From Actinomycetes bacterium (GTDB lineage: Bacteria; Actinomycetota; Thermoleophilia; BMS3ABIN01): a stretch of DNA of 52,189 bases. Of this stretch, positions 13,431 through 23,889 are shown piece by piece (position 1 is the stretch's first letter; every line of letters begins with the position of its first letter). The stretch covers positions 1 through 52,189 of the forward strand of contig JAJRWQ010000068.1 of assembly GCA_024276735.1 (NCBI GenBank), in the 5' to 3' direction. Position numbers and translations under genes: made by a program. The notes below the pieces were generated by a model. The model saw only the letters and a program-made list of their open reading frames with translations. It was not told where the DNA came from and ran no database searches.

Positions 13431-14453
13431 TCATAACAGCAACATGGCGTCACCGAAGCTGTAGAAGCGGTAGCGCTCGGCCACCGCCAGCCGGTAGAGC
13501 CGCCTCACTTCCCGGACCCCGGCGAAGGCCATCACCATCGCCAGCAGCGTGGAACGCGGCAGGTGAAAGTTGGTGAGCAGAGCATCGACGGCCCGGAAGC
13601 GGTAGCCGGGGGTGATGAAGAGATCCGTCTCGCCCGCCGGCGCCCCGCCGGCGCCGAAGACCGTCTCCAGCACCCGCACGCTGGTGCTGCCCACCGCCAC
13701 CACCCGCCGTCCCTCCCGGCGCGCCGCGGCCACGGCCGCGTACGAATCCCGCGGCAGGTGGTAGCGCTCGCGGTGAATCCGGTGCCGTTCCAGGTCGTCG
13801 GCGGCAACGGGACGAAAGGTGTCGAGGCCGATGTGCAGCGTCAGCGGCGCCGTGGCGATGCCGGCATCGCGCAGGCGCTCCAGCAGCCGCGGCGTGAAGT
13901 GCAGGCCGGCGGTGGGTGCCGCCGCCGAGCCCACCTCGCGGGCGTAGACCGTCTGGTACTCGTCCGGGCGTGCCAGCGGCTCGCGGATGTAGGGCGGCAG
14001 GGGCATCTCCCCGAATCGCTCCAGCAACCGCAGGGCATCGGCGCCGTCGTTTTCCGCCAGTAGCCAGCGGCCCTCGCCCAGGTGCTCCACCAGCGTGAAG
14101 GCGGGAATCGCGGCCGCGTCCGCCGCTGGCGCCAGGGGGGTGCCCGGCTTCAGCCTCGCCGAGGGCCGCGCCAGCACCTCCCACCTCTTTTCCCCGCGCC
14201 GGTCGAGGAAGAGCAGCTCCACGCGGCCGCCGGTGGGCTTCACCGCCCGCAGGCGCGCGGGCATCACCCGCGAATCGTTGTAGACCAGGAGGTCGCCCCG
14301 GCGGAGAAGCGACGGCAGCTCGTCCAGGCGCCGGTGATCCACGGCGCCGCTGCCGCGATCGTAGACCATCAGGCGACTGCTGTCCCGGGGGGAAGCCGGG
14401 CGCTGGGCGATCAGCTCCGGCGGCAGCTCGTATTCGAGCTCCGAGGTACGCAT
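13431..14453 (-). CDS. queA: S-adenosylmethionine:tRNA ribosyltransferase-isomerase
   Basis: YELPPELIAQRP, MPLPPYI, YQTVYA..GSAAAPTAGLHFT, TNFHLPRST, YRFYSFGDAM. Confidence 0.97.
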   Translation of the reverse strand: MRTSELEYELPPELIAQRPASPRDSSRLMVYDRGSGAVDHRRLDELPSLLRRGDLLVYNDSRVMPARLRAVKPTGGRVELLFLDRRGEKRWEVLARPSARLKPGTPLAPAADAAAIPAFTLVEHLGEGRWLLAENDGADALRLLERFGEMPLPPYIREPLARPDEYQTVYAREVGSAAAPTAGLHFTPRLLERLRDAGIATAPLTLHIGLDTFRPVAADDLERHRIHRERYHLPRDSYAAVAAARREGRRVVAVGSTSVRVLETVFGAGGAPAGETDLFITPGYRFRAVDALLTNFHLPRSTLLAMVMAFAGVREVRRLYRLAVAERYRFYSFGDAMLLL

Positions 14454-14461
14454 GGGCGGGT

Positions 14462-15010
14462 TCAGCGCCGCGCCCGCGCCAGCGCCGCCTCCTGCTCGCT
14501 GAAGATGCAGCCACAGTACTTCTGGCGGTAGAGGTCGGCCTCGCGGGAGAGCTCGACGCTGCGGCGGTAGCGGGGCCGCAGGTCCCGGTAGGCGAATTCC
14601 ACCCCGGCGTCCGCCGCTGCCTCCTCGCCCTGCTCGATGATGATGTCGTGATCCTGCCAGGGGCTCACCGAGAGGGTGGTGCTGAAACAGTCGAAGCCGC
14701 CGGCCGCCGCCAGCTCGGCGGTGTAACGCAGGCGCTGGCCGATGCAGAAGCGGCAGCGCTCACCCTTCTCCTCGCTGCCCCTGACCATGCGCAGCCACTC
14801 GCGCACGTCGTAGTGGGGCTCGCCCACCAGGGGCAGGCGCAGCTTGCTGGCGTAAGCCAGCAGGGTGTCGTAACGCCGGTGGTGCTCGGCAAAGGGATGG
14901 ATGTTGGGATTGAAGAAGGTGCCGGTCACCTCCGCCCCCTCGAGCTGCCAGGACTCGATGGTGGCGGTGGAGCAGGGAGCGCAACAGATGTGGAGAAGTA
15001 CCTTGAGCAT
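14462..15010 (-). CDS. queH: epoxyqueuosine reductase QueH (DUF208)
   Basis: LLHICCAPCS, FNPNIHP, RC..C, STTLSVSP, YRQKYCGCIFS. Confidence 0.93.
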   Translation of the reverse strand: MLKVLLHICCAPCSTATIESWQLEGAEVTGTFFNPNIHPFAEHHRRYDTLLAYASKLRLPLVGEPHYDVREWLRMVRGSEEKGERCRFCIGQRLRYTAELAAAGGFDCFSTTLSVSPWQDHDIIIEQGEEAAADAGVEFAYRDLRPRYRRSVELSREADLYRQKYCGCIFSEQEAALARARR

Positions 15011-15102
15011 AGAAGCAAATCCCGGGCGAACACAAACAGGATTCTAACAGATGCCGGCGGCAACGGGAACGCGCACCGCCGCGCCACGGTGGCAGCGCTG
15101 CT

Positions 15103-15131
15103 TTGACATGGCGATCCCGATCGGCTACTCT
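15103..15131 (+). promoter_or_regulatory. sigma70-type promoter for the DUF3048 gene
   Basis: TTGACA (15103-15108), 17 nt spacer, TACTCT (15126-15131). Confidence 0.7.
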
Positions 15132-15157
15132 CGAATGAGTAAGAGAAAGCTCTACCG

Positions 15158-16279
15158 ATGACAAGACCCCCTTCAAGTTCCAGTTCCGGTTTTTCCCAGA
15201 CCACCGTGATCGTCCTGCTGGCGTTGCTGCTGTCCGGCTCGCTCGCGTTCGTGGGCTGGGCCGTCTACGACTCCTTCAAGGGCGACGACGTGGTGCCGGT
15301 GGTTACCACCGCCGAAGAAGAGGAAGCGGAGGAAGTGGTTCCGCCACCACCGCCGCCGCCGGATCCCAGGTATTACTGCACCCTCGACGGCACCGCCTAC
15401 GACGACCGCGGGCCCACGCGCAAGCGTCCCATCGTCATCCAGGTGGACAACGCGCCCGCCGCCAGGCCGCAGATCGGCCTTGGCCGCGCCGACATCGTCT
15501 ACGAGGCGATGGCCGAGGGCCAGGTGACCCGTTTCTCGGCGGTCTTCGGCTGCCGCGACGCGGAGACGGGGGGGCCGGTGCGCAGCGCCCGCCTCATCGA
15601 CCTGGAACTGGTGCCGGAATACCAGGCGCTGCTGGCCGACTCCGGCGCCAGCATCGGCGTCACCAACGAGCTGGCGGCAGCGCCGGACGTGCCCCGGATC
15701 AACCACGGCGCCTATCCCGCCGCCTACTGGCGCGTGGGCGACCGCGCCGCCCCCCACAACCTGATGACCAGCACCATCCTGCTGCGCCAGGTGGCAGCGG
15801 AAGCAGGCATTCCCATCGAGGTGGAGGTGGGTGACGGCCCCGCCTTCAAGGACGATTCGCCGGCGCCGGGCAACATCAGGCACATCGCCGTTCCCTACTC
15901 TCCCTGGGCGCAGGTGAGCTACGACTACGATCCCGGCAGCAACAGCTGGCTGCGCTCCATGCAGGGGAAGCCGCACCTGGACGCGGAGACGGGACGGCAG
16001 CTGGCGGCCAAGAACGTGATCGTCCAGTACGTGCCCTCCTACGATAGCAACATCATCGAGGACGCCAGCGGTGACCGGGGGCTGATCTTCGACCTCACCG
16101 GCTCCGGCCGGGTGCTGGTCTTCCGCGACGGCGAAGTGATCGGCGGCACCTGGTCACGGCCGGGCTCCAGCGCGGTCACCACCTACATGGACGACGCGGG
16201 CCGCACCATCCCCCTGGACCGCGGCCCCACCTGGATACAGCTGGTGCCCACCGAGTTTACCGCCGTCTCCTGGAACTGA
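15158..16279 (+). CDS. DUF3048 (YerB-like) membrane-anchored protein
   Basis: N-terminal TM; IQVDNAPAARPQIGL..ADIVYE...TRF...GPVRSAR, APHN, NVIVQ, GPTWIQLV. Confidence 0.85.
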   Translation: MTRPPSSSSSGFSQTTVIVLLALLLSGSLAFVGWAVYDSFKGDDVVPVVTTAEEEEAEEVVPPPPPPPDPRYYCTLDGTAYDDRGPTRKRPIVIQVDNAPAARPQIGLGRADIVYEAMAEGQVTRFSAVFGCRDAETGGPVRSARLIDLELVPEYQALLADSGASIGVTNELAAAPDVPRINHGAYPAAYWRVGDRAAPHNLMTSTILLRQVAAEAGIPIEVEVGDGPAFKDDSPAPGNIRHIAVPYSPWAQVSYDYDPGSNSWLRSMQGKPHLDAETGRQLAAKNVIVQYVPSYDSNIIEDASGDRGLIFDLTGSGRVLVFRDGEVIGGTWSRPGSSAVTTYMDDAGRTIPLDRGPTWIQLVPTEFTAVSWN

Positions 16280-16303
16280 GCCGCCGCTTCCCGGGCGTGC
16301 CGG

Positions 16304-17326
16304 CTAGAACAGCTGCTCCTCGCCCCCGGGCTGGCTGATCCCCAGGTGCTCGTAGGCGAGGCGGGTGGCGATGCGCCCCCGCGGGGTGCGCTGGATGAGG
16401 CCCCGCTGGAGCAGGTAGGGCTCGTAGACGTCTTCGATGGTGTCGTGCTCCTCACCCATCGCCACCGCCAGCGTGCCCAGGCCCACCGGCCCGCCGCCGA
16501 ACTTCTCCACGATCAGGGTGAGTATCTCCCGGTCCACCTTGTCCAGCCCCTCGCTGTCCACCTCCAGCATGACCAGCGCCTGCGCCGCCACCTCCCGGGT
16601 GATGCGCCCGTCGTGCTTGACCTGCGCGTAGTCACGCACCCGCCTCAGCAGGCGGTTGGCCACCCGCGGCGTCCCCCGCGAGCGGCGGGCGATCTCCGCC
16701 AGGCCCTCCTCCTCGGCCTCGACGCCGAGGATGGCAGCGGCGCGGGACGTCACCTGCACCAGCTCTTCCTCGCCGTAGTAGTCTAGTCGGTGGGTGACCC
16801 CGAAGCGGTCTCTCAGCGGCGTGGTGATCAGCCCCGTGCGGGTGGTGGCGCCCACCAGCGTGAAGCGGGGCACGTCCAGGCGCAGGGTGCGGGCGCTGGG
16901 CCCCTCGCCGATGACGATGTCGAGCTGGAAATCCTCCATGGCCGGGTAGAGCACTTCCTCCACCGAGCGGTTCAGCCGGTGGATCTCGTCGATGAAGAGC
17001 ACGTCGCCCGCCTCCAGGTTGGTGAGGATGGCGGCGATGTCGCCCTTGCGTTCCAGCATCGGGCCCGAGGTGGTGCGGATGGCCACGCCCATCTCGTTGG
17101 CGATGATCCCCGCCAGGGTGGTCTTGCCCAGGCCGGGAGGCCCCACCAGCAGCACGTGGTCCAGGGCCTCGCCGCGCGAGCGGGCCGCCTCGATGAAGAT
17201 GCGCAGCTGGTCCTTGATCGCCTCCTGCCCCAGGAACTCGTCGAAGCTCCGGGGCCTGAGCGAGAGCTCCAGGTCCTGTTCCTCTTCGTGGACCGCCGGG
17301 TCGGCGAGGCGATACTCGTCGTTCAC
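16304..17326 (-). CDS. ruvB: Holliday junction DNA helicase RuvB
   Basis: [46 protein letters not shown]. Confidence 0.98.
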   Translation of the reverse strand: MNDEYRLADPAVHEEEQDLELSLRPRSFDEFLGQEAIKDQLRIFIEAARSRGEALDHVLLVGPPGLGKTTLAGIIANEMGVAIRTTSGPMLERKGDIAAILTNLEAGDVLFIDEIHRLNRSVEEVLYPAMEDFQLDIVIGEGPSARTLRLDVPRFTLVGATTRTGLITTPLRDRFGVTHRLDYYGEEELVQVTSRAAAILGVEAEEEGLAEIARRSRGTPRVANRLLRRVRDYAQVKHDGRITREVAAQALVMLEVDSEGLDKVDREILTLIVEKFGGGPVGLGTLAVAMGEEHDTIEDVYEPYLLQRGLIQRTPRGRIATRLAYEHLGISQPGGEEQLF

Positions 17327-17464
17327 GATAGCATTCCCCCCTGGTGCCGGTGCCCGCCAGGAAGATCAGCGCCGGTGGCAGCCGTTTCCACTCCCGGGGA
17401 CCAGCCCGGCAACGGGGCCGCTGCCGCCGGCCACGCCGCTTCCGTGCCGCGGCTGCCGCTCACC

Positions 17465-18058
17465 TCAGTCACCCCCGGCCTTGCCGGCCGCGTGCTTCAG
17501 GGCCTGCCGCACCATTTCCTCCACGCCGGCTCCCTCGTCGCTGCAGGCCGCCAGCGCCGCCTCGGCCTCGGCGAAGTTGAAGCCCAGGCCCACCAGGGCC
17601 TCGCGGGCGAGGTAGTAGTCGTCCTTGCCGCCGGCCACCGGCTCTTCCGGCGCCACCGCCCCCACCTTGTCCTTCAGCTCCAGCACCAGCCGCTCGGCGG
17701 TCTTCCTGCCGATGCCGCTGATACTCTGGAAGAGGGCCACGTCGCGATCCACCACCGCCCGGCGCAGGTCCTCCGGCGAATAAGCGGAAAGCACCGCCAT
17801 CGCCACCCGGGGGCCGACGCCGGAGACGCCGATCAGCACCTCGAAGAAGGCGCGCTCCTCGGGGTCGATGAAGCCGTAGAGGGACATGGCGTCCTCGCGC
17901 ACGTACATGTGCGTGTAGACGAAAGCCTCGTCGCCGGGGTCGCCGACGGCGTTGAGCGCCCGCGCCGACATGGCCAGCCGGTAGCCCACGCCCCCCACTT
18001 CCAGCACTATCCCCTCGGGGCTGCGGGCGCGTATGGTTCCCTTGAGAGTTGCAATCAT
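17465..18058 (-). CDS. ruvA: Holliday junction branch migration protein RuvA
   Basis: MIATLKG, VGGVGY, VREDAMSLYGF, VSGVGPR, SGIGRKTAERLVLELKDK. Confidence 0.97.
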   Translation of the reverse strand: MIATLKGTIRARSPEGIVLEVGGVGYRLAMSARALNAVGDPGDEAFVYTHMYVREDAMSLYGFIDPEERAFFEVLIGVSGVGPRVAMAVLSAYSPEDLRRAVVDRDVALFQSISGIGRKTAERLVLELKDKVGAVAPEEPVAGGKDDYYLAREALVGLGFNFAEAEAALAACSDEGAGVEEMVRQALKHAAGKAGGD

Positions 18059-18088
18059 CGCCTGTGCCCCCGGCGCCTGCCGGGACGT

Positions 18089-18595
18089 TCATCCATGGAT
18101 GCCCAGCTTCGCCTCCGTTCGCCGCGAGTGGGCGTGGCAGATGGCCACTCCCAGGGCGTCGGCCGCGTGGTCGGGGCGCGGCACCCGGTCCAGCCCCAGC
18201 AGGGACTTCACCATCTGCTGCACCTGTCCCTTGGAGGCCTGCCCGTATCCTACCACCGCCTGCTTGATCCTGAGCGGCGTGTAGCCGGCCGGGTGAATGC
18301 CCCTCTCGGCGCAGGCGAGAATGATGACGCCGCGCGCCTGTCCCACCGACAGCGCCGCCTTGAGGTTGGCGCCGCCGAAGAGCTCCTCAATGGCCGCCGC
18401 GGCGGGAGAGTAATCATCGATCACTGCCTGCACCCCTCGGTAGAGCGCCAGCAGCCGCTCGCTCTCCGGGTCCCGGGCCGAGGTGGTCACCGTGCCGCAA
18501 TCCACCAGCCGCGGCCGGGACCCCGCCACCTCGATGATTCCCCAGCCGGTGGCGGCGGTGCCGGGATCGAGGCCGAGGATGAGGTCGCCGCCCAT
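18089..18595 (-). CDS. ruvC: crossover junction endodeoxyribonuclease RuvC
   Basis: ILGLDPG, GQARGV, IKQAVVGYGQASK.QVQQMV, PDHAADALGVAICH. Confidence 0.96.
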   Translation of the reverse strand: MGGDLILGLDPGTAATGWGIIEVAGSRPRLVDCGTVTTSARDPESERLLALYRGVQAVIDDYSPAAAAIEELFGGANLKAALSVGQARGVIILACAERGIHPAGYTPLRIKQAVVGYGQASKGQVQQMVKSLLGLDRVPRPDHAADALGVAICHAHSRRTEAKLGIHG

Positions 18596-18729
18596 CAGCA
18601 GCCGCCCGCCGGGGCGCCGCGCCGCCGCGGGGCCGCCCCGCAGTGGCCGAGCGGGTGCCTTGCTTTCAGAACCAGGCCGTTGCGTCCCATGTCCATTTCC
18701 TGCCGCCGGAACGGCGGCCACGGGATCTC

Positions 18730-19476
18730 CTAGGCGAGCGCCTCGAGGATCTCCTCGCTGATATCGAAGTTGGCGTGTACCTGCTGGACGTCGTCGGCGT
18801 CCTCCAGCGCGTCCATCAGCCGCAGCATCTTCTTGGCGTCGCTCTCGTCCAGCTTCACCGTGTTCTTGGGCTGCATGGCCAGCTCCGCGGACTGCAGCCG
18901 GATGCCCGCCTCCTCGAGCGCCCGGCGCACCGCCATCAGCTCGGTGGGGGCGGTGACGATCTCGTAGGTGCTCTCGTCCTGCGACACGTCCTCGGCGCCG
19001 CTCTCGATGGCCACCGTCATCAGTTCGTCCTCGTCTACCGATTCGGCGCCGACGATGATGATCCCTTTACGCTCGAATATCCAGGCCACGGAGCCGGTCT
19101 CGCCCAGCTTGCCGTTGTTGCGGGTGAAGATGTTGCGGATCTCCGCCGCCGTGCGGTTGCGGTTGTCGGTGGTGGCCTCCACGAAGACGGCGACGCCGCT
19201 GGGCCCGTAGCCCTCGTAGGTGACCGTCTCGTAGCTGGATCCCTCGCCGCCGCCGCTGCCCCGCTGGATCGCCTTCTCGATGTTGTCCTTGGGCATCGAG
19301 TTGTCCTTGGCCTTCTGGATGGCGTTGGCCAGGGCGGGATTGCCATCGGGGTCGGGCCCGCCTTCCTTGGCGGCCACGGTGATGGCCCGTGACAGCTTGC
19401 TGAAGAGCTTGCCCCGCTTGGCGTCGGTGGCCGCCTTCTTGTGCTTGATCGATGACCACTTGGAATGACCGGACAC
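18730..19476 (-). CDS. yebC: YebC/PmpR family protein
   Basis: GTG start, then SGHSKWSSIKHKK, YEGYGPSG, TDNRNRT, DDVQQVHAN. Confidence 0.96.
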   Translation of the reverse strand: MSGHSKWSSIKHKKAATDAKRGKLFSKLSRAITVAAKEGGPDPDGNPALANAIQKAKDNSMPKDNIEKAIQRGSGGGEGSSYETVTYEGYGPSGVAVFVEATTDNRNRTAAEIRNIFTRNNGKLGETGSVAWIFERKGIIIVGAESVDEDELMTVAIESGAEDVSQDESTYEIVTAPTELMAVRRALEEAGIRLQSAELAMQPKNTVKLDESDAKKMLRLMDALEDADDVQQVHANFDISEEILEALA

Positions 19477-19601
19477 TGCTTTCCCTCCGGGTTCGTGGTT
19501 TTTCCTGGCCGATCGGTGATTCCGTTCAACCAATAATAATACAACAGGGCGGGGATCGATGCTCGGGCGCCGGCGGCGCCGGGCCGGTGGCGGGAACGGG
19601 C

Positions 19602-20222
19602 TCAGGCGGTGCCGGCAGGGTGCCGGCCGGCGACCATTTCCAGGAACAGCCCGTGCAGCCGGACGTCGGCGGTGAGCTCGGGGTGAAAGGCGGTGACCAG
19701 CAGGTTGCCCTCGCGGGCGGCGACGGCGTGGCCGGCGTGCGTCGCCAGCACCTCCACGCCGGGCCCGGCCGACTCGATCCAGGGGGCGCGGATGAAGACC
19801 CCGGGGAAGGGCTTCCCGTCCAGCAGGGGAAGCTCCAGCTCCGCCTCGAAGCTGTGCACCTGGCGGCCGAAGGCGTTGCGACGCGCCTCGATGTCCATGA
19901 GACCGACCAGCGGCTGTTCCCCGCCGACGACGGCGCCCGCGAGCAGCACCAGGCCGGCGCAGGTGCCGAGAATTGGCATCCCCTCCCTGCCCAGGCCGCG
20001 CACCGCCTCCAGCAGGTCGTACTCCACCATCAGCTTGCCGATGGTGGTGCTCTCGCCACCGGGTATCACCAGCGCGTCCAGCCCCTCGAGCTGCCGGCGC
20101 CGGCGCACCTCCCGCGTGCGGGCACCGGTGCGCTCCAGGGCGCGCCGGTGCTCGCGGAAGGCTCCCTGCAGCGAGAGTACGCCTACTAGCGGTGTCTGGT
20201 GGTCGTCGTTCATGGGTGCCAA
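19602..20222 (-). CDS. pdxT: PLP synthase glutaminase subunit
   Basis: [43 protein letters not shown]. Confidence 0.97.
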   Translation of the reverse strand: MAPMNDDHQTPLVGVLSLQGAFREHRRALERTGARTREVRRRRQLEGLDALVIPGGESTTIGKLMVEYDLLEAVRGLGREGMPILGTCAGLVLLAGAVVGGEQPLVGLMDIEARRNAFGRQVHSFEAELELPLLDGKPFPGVFIRAPWIESAGPGVEVLATHAGHAVAAREGNLLVTAFHPELTADVRLHGLFLEMVAGRHPAGTA

Positions 20223-20300
20223 ATCATGCCGGGCGGCCGGCGCCGGGAACGCGGCCGGGCGTCCCCGGGACGGCGGAGGAGCCTTTACGTGGAAAGGGCG

Positions 20301-21191
20301 CTACCAGCCGCGGTGCTGGAGAAGGTTCTCCTCGCCGATCTCGCGGATGTCCATCCCGGCCATTGCCTCCTTGAGGCCGGTGGAGACCCGCGCCAGGATC
20401 TCGGGGTCGTCGTAGTGGGTGGTGGCCTCGACGATGGCCTTGCCGCGGGCGGCGGGGTCCTCGCTCTTGAAGATGCCGGAGCCCACGAAGACACCGTCAG
20501 CGCCCAGCTGCATCATCAGCGCCGCGTCGGCGGGCGTGGCCAGGCCGCCGGCGGAGAAGTTGACCACCGGGAGCCTGCCGTTCTCCGCCACCCACTTCAC
20601 CAGCTCCAGCGGTGCCCGCAGGTCCTTGGCGGCGGCGGAGAGCTCCGCCTGGTCCATGCCGGCGAGGCGCCGGATCTCGCCGGTGATGGCGCGCATGTGG
20701 CGCACCGCCTCCACCACGTTGCCGGTGCCCGCCTCGCCCTTGGTGCGGATCATCGCCGCCCCCTCGGCGATGCGCCGCAGCGCCTCGCCCAGGTTGATGG
20801 CGCCACAGACGAACGGTACCTTGAATCTCCACTTGTCGATGTGGTGCGCCTCGTCGGCGGGGGTGAGTACCTCGCTCTCGTCGATGTAGTCGACCTCCAG
20901 CGCCTCCAGTATCTGCGCCTCCACGAAGTGGCCGATACGCGCCTTGGCCATCACCGGGATGGAGACCGTCTCCTGGATCTCCCGGATCTTCTCCGGGTCG
21001 GCCATGCGGGCGACGCCGCCCGCGGCACGGATGTCGGAGGGCACGCGCTCCAGCGCCATCACCGCCACCGCGCCCGCCTCCTCGGCGATACGCGCCTGCC
21101 CGGCGTCGGTGACGTCCATGATCACGCCGCCCTTGAGCATCTCCGCCAGGCCCGACTTCACTGTCATGGTTCCGATCTTCATCGCTCTCAT
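20301..21191 (-). CDS. pdxS: PLP synthase lyase subunit (start 21191 or 21182)
   Basis: [54 protein letters not shown]. Confidence 0.98.
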   Translation of the reverse strand: MRAMKIGTMTVKSGLAEMLKGGVIMDVTDAGQARIAEEAGAVAVMALERVPSDIRAAGGVARMADPEKIREIQETVSIPVMAKARIGHFVEAQILEALEVDYIDESEVLTPADEAHHIDKWRFKVPFVCGAINLGEALRRIAEGAAMIRTKGEAGTGNVVEAVRHMRAITGEIRRLAGMDQAELSAAAKDLRAPLELVKWVAENGRLPVVNFSAGGLATPADAALMMQLGADGVFVGSGIFKSEDPAARGKAIVEATTHYDDPEILARVSTGLKEAMAGMDIREIGEENLLQHRGW

Positions 21192-21214
21192 CGCCTTTCT
21201 TCTCTGATGTATTC

Positions 21215-21243
21215 ATCATAACCGAGAGTGGGTGAGGGGACAA
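21215..21243 (-). promoter_or_regulatory. sigma70-type promoter for pdxST
   Basis: On the minus strand: TTGTCC, 17 nt spacer, TATGAT. Confidence 0.6.
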
Positions 21244-21250
21244 ATTGGGT

Positions 21251-21352
21251 TGGATGCTGGACACTGGATTCTGGATGCTGGAGAGGTGCATCGCGCCTCG
21301 TTCCCACTTGGAAAACCAGGCGATTTTGTCCAGCGTCCAGCGTCCAGCGTCC
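21251..21352. repeat. palindromic element: (TGGAnnC)x4, 46-nt core, (TCCAGCG)x3
   Basis: Inverted heptamer arrays. The reverse complement of the core aligns without gaps to the cores at 51642, 51802 and 51948. Confidence 0.85.
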
Positions 21353-21361
21353 GCCCCACGG

Positions 21362-21390
21362 TTGACGCCCGCCGACACAGGGTGTAGCAT
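21362..21390 (+). promoter_or_regulatory. sigma70-type promoter for the GuaB3-family gene
   Basis: TTGACG, 17 nt spacer, TAGCAT. Confidence 0.65.
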
Positions 21391-21494
21391 TCGCCCAGCC
21401 TGGGGTGCCGGGCCGCGGCCGGGTGGCCGAAACGGTGTCGCCCGGCGTCCCGCGCCACTTGAAGAATCCAACACCGGATCCAACGGAGGGTCAG

Positions 21495-22652
21495 ATGGAA
21501 GTCGAGATAGGCCGAGGCAAGAAAGGGCGGCGGGCCTATGGTCTCGATGACATTGCCATAGTACCCAGCCGCCGCACCCGCGACAACGCCGACATCGACA
21601 TCAGCTGGTCCCTGGGGGACCTGAAACTCGACCTTCCCTGCCTGGCTTCCGCCATGGACGGCGTGGTCGATCCCAAGGTCGCCGGCATCATGGGCAAGCT
21701 GGGCGGCCTGGCGGTGCTCAACCTGGAGGGCATCCAGACCCGCTACGAGAACGCCGACGAGCAGCTGGAAAAGATCGCCTCCCTGCCGCGCGAGGAGGCG
21801 ACCGCCGGGCTGCAGGAGATCTACCGCGAGCCCATCAAGGAAGAACTGATCACCCGCCGCATCCGCGAGATCAAGGAACAGGGCGTCATCGCCGCCGCTT
21901 CCCTGACCCCGCAGCGGGTGACGCAGTACTACGAAACGGCCCTGGAGGCGGGCCTGGACGTGCTGGTGATCCAGGGCACGGTGGTCAGCGCCGAGCACGT
22001 GAGCACGGTGGTGGAGCCGCTGAACCTGAAGAAGTTCATCGCCGAGATCCCGGTGCCGGTGATCGTGGGCGGCTGCGCCTCCTACACCACCGCCCTGCAC
22101 CTGATGCGCACCGGCGCCGTGGGCGTGCTGGTGGGCGTGGGCCCGGGAGCGGCATGCACCACCCGCGGCGTCCTGGGCATCGGCGTTCCCCAGGCGACGG
22201 CGGTGGCCGACGCCGCTGCCGCCCGCGTGCAGCACCTGCTGGAGACCGGCAAGTACGTCAACGTGATCGCCGACGGCGGCATGCGCACCGGCGGCGACAT
22301 CGCCAAGGCCATCGCCTGCGGCGCCGACGCGGTGATGATCGGCTCGCCGCTCTCCCGCGCCAAGGAGGCGCCGGGACGCGGCTACCACTGGGGCATGGCG
22401 ACCTTCCACCCCGAGCTGCCGCGGGGCACGCGGGTGAAGACCAACCAGGTGGCGACGCTCGAGGAGATCCTGGTGGGGCCGGCGCGCGAGAACGACGGCA
22501 CCCTCAACCTCTTCGGGGCCCTGGTCACCTCGATGGCCACCTGCGGCTACGAGAACATACAGGCTTTCCAGAAGGCCGAGGTGATGGTGGCACCGGCCCT
22601 GCAAACCGAGGGCAAGAAGTTGCAGCGGGAGCAGGACGTGGGCATGGGGTGA
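21495..22652 (+). CDS. GuaB3 family IMP dehydrogenase-related protein
   Basis: EIGRGKKGRRAYGLDDIAIVPSRRTR, LHLMRTGAVGVLVGVGPGAACTTR, IADGG; no CBS domains; GGAGG RBS. Confidence 0.93.
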   Translation: MEVEIGRGKKGRRAYGLDDIAIVPSRRTRDNADIDISWSLGDLKLDLPCLASAMDGVVDPKVAGIMGKLGGLAVLNLEGIQTRYENADEQLEKIASLPREEATAGLQEIYREPIKEELITRRIREIKEQGVIAAASLTPQRVTQYYETALEAGLDVLVIQGTVVSAEHVSTVVEPLNLKKFIAEIPVPVIVGGCASYTTALHLMRTGAVGVLVGVGPGAACTTRGVLGIGVPQATAVADAAAARVQHLLETGKYVNVIADGGMRTGGDIAKAIACGADAVMIGSPLSRAKEAPGRGYHWGMATFHPELPRGTRVKTNQVATLEEILVGPARENDGTLNLFGALVTSMATCGYENIQAFQKAEVMVAPALQTEGKKLQREQDVGMG

Positions 22653-22865
22653 GAGGCAGAGGGCGGCGTCAGCCGCCGCGGCCCTGCAGCAGGAAGGACG
22701 AGACTTCGATCAGCCAGGCGGGACCGATGGAAACAGTGTCTTCCCTTTCAGGATCGGCCGCGGCCGGTCCCCGCACTTTCCCGGGCACCCGTCGCCCGAG
22801 CCGGCCCCGCGGGCCCGCCGCGGGAGCGAAGCCCGGCCCCGCACGCTCACTGACTGCCGGCAGCG

Positions 22866-23717
22866 ATGGCCAGGGATAAGGCCAATCCCGGGGGAAACCT
22901 CCTGCGGGCGCTCAAGGAAGGTTTCGACGGTTTTTCCCCCTCGCGCAAGGCCATCGCCCGCTACCTGATCGATCACTTCGACGAAGCACCCTTCCTCTCG
23001 GCCCAGGAACTGGCACAACGCACCAATACCACCAACTCCACCGTGGTGCGCTTCGCGCAGCACCTGGGCTACGCCGGCTACCCCGAGATGATGAAGGCCG
23101 CCTGGCACGAGCACCGCCTGAGCGTCGGCGGCCAGATGCATTTCCCGGTGGACGACGACTTCTCCGGCAGGGCGCTGCGCACCGACATCCACATCCTCAA
23201 CCAGACCATGGGCAGGAACGAGGCGGACGAGTTCCTGCGCATCGTGGAGCTGGTGGAGAAGGCGGGCACCATCCTGCTGGCGGGCATGTTCGAGGCGGCG
23301 CTGGTGGTCGATTACCTGCGCTACTTCCTGGCCATCATGGGGCTGCCGGTGACGGCGGTCACCGACGCCGCCGAGGATTCCGTCGCCGCCGTGCTCAACA
23401 TGGGACGGCGGCCGCTGGTGCTGGCGGTGGGCTTCGGCACCGCGCACCAGTTCCTGCTGCGGCTGATCAGGAGCGCCCGCGAGCGGGGCGCCACCATCGT
23501 CGGCATCAGTGACAACGAGTTCTCGGAGGTGGCGAAGCTGGCCGACGAGAACCTCTACTGCTACCTGGACAGCAGCTCCTTCGCCCCCTCGCTGGTGGGA
23601 GCCTTCAGCATCGCCAACGCGCTGGTCTCGTCCCTCTACACCCGCAACAAGGGTGACTACGACGCCCACTTCTCCCGCCTGCGCACCCTGCCCCTGAGCT
23701 CGGACTGGCTGGTTTGA
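22866..23717 (+). CDS. MurR/RpiR family transcriptional regulator (HTH-SIS)
   Basis: FSPSRKAIARYL...ELAQ..TTNSTVVRFAQHLGYAGY plus a SIS-like C-terminus. Confidence 0.9.
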   Translation: MARDKANPGGNLLRALKEGFDGFSPSRKAIARYLIDHFDEAPFLSAQELAQRTNTTNSTVVRFAQHLGYAGYPEMMKAAWHEHRLSVGGQMHFPVDDDFSGRALRTDIHILNQTMGRNEADEFLRIVELVEKAGTILLAGMFEAALVVDYLRYFLAIMGLPVTAVTDAAEDSVAAVLNMGRRPLVLAVGFGTAHQFLLRLIRSARERGATIVGISDNEFSEVAKLADENLYCYLDSSSFAPSLVGAFSIANALVSSLYTRNKGDYDAHFSRLRTLPLSSDWLV

Positions 23718-23741
23718 GCGCCGGCGGCGCCGGCCGGCAGG

Positions 23742-23768
23742 AAAAAGGGCCCGCGGGGGCGGGCCCTT
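23742..23768 (-). terminator. intrinsic terminator between convergent genes
   Basis: 10-bp stem AAGGGCCCGC/GCGGGCCCTT with a 4-nt loop; U-run on the minus strand. Confidence 0.65.
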
Positions 23769-23889
23769 CTCAACACTCGACACCGGACGACCGCCGGCGA
23801 CCTTCAGGGAGGCGCGCCGCGCGACCCCCGGGATATCCACCGGCCGCCCCGTTCTCCACGGGACGGAAATTGCCGATCGAAAGAAAGCC

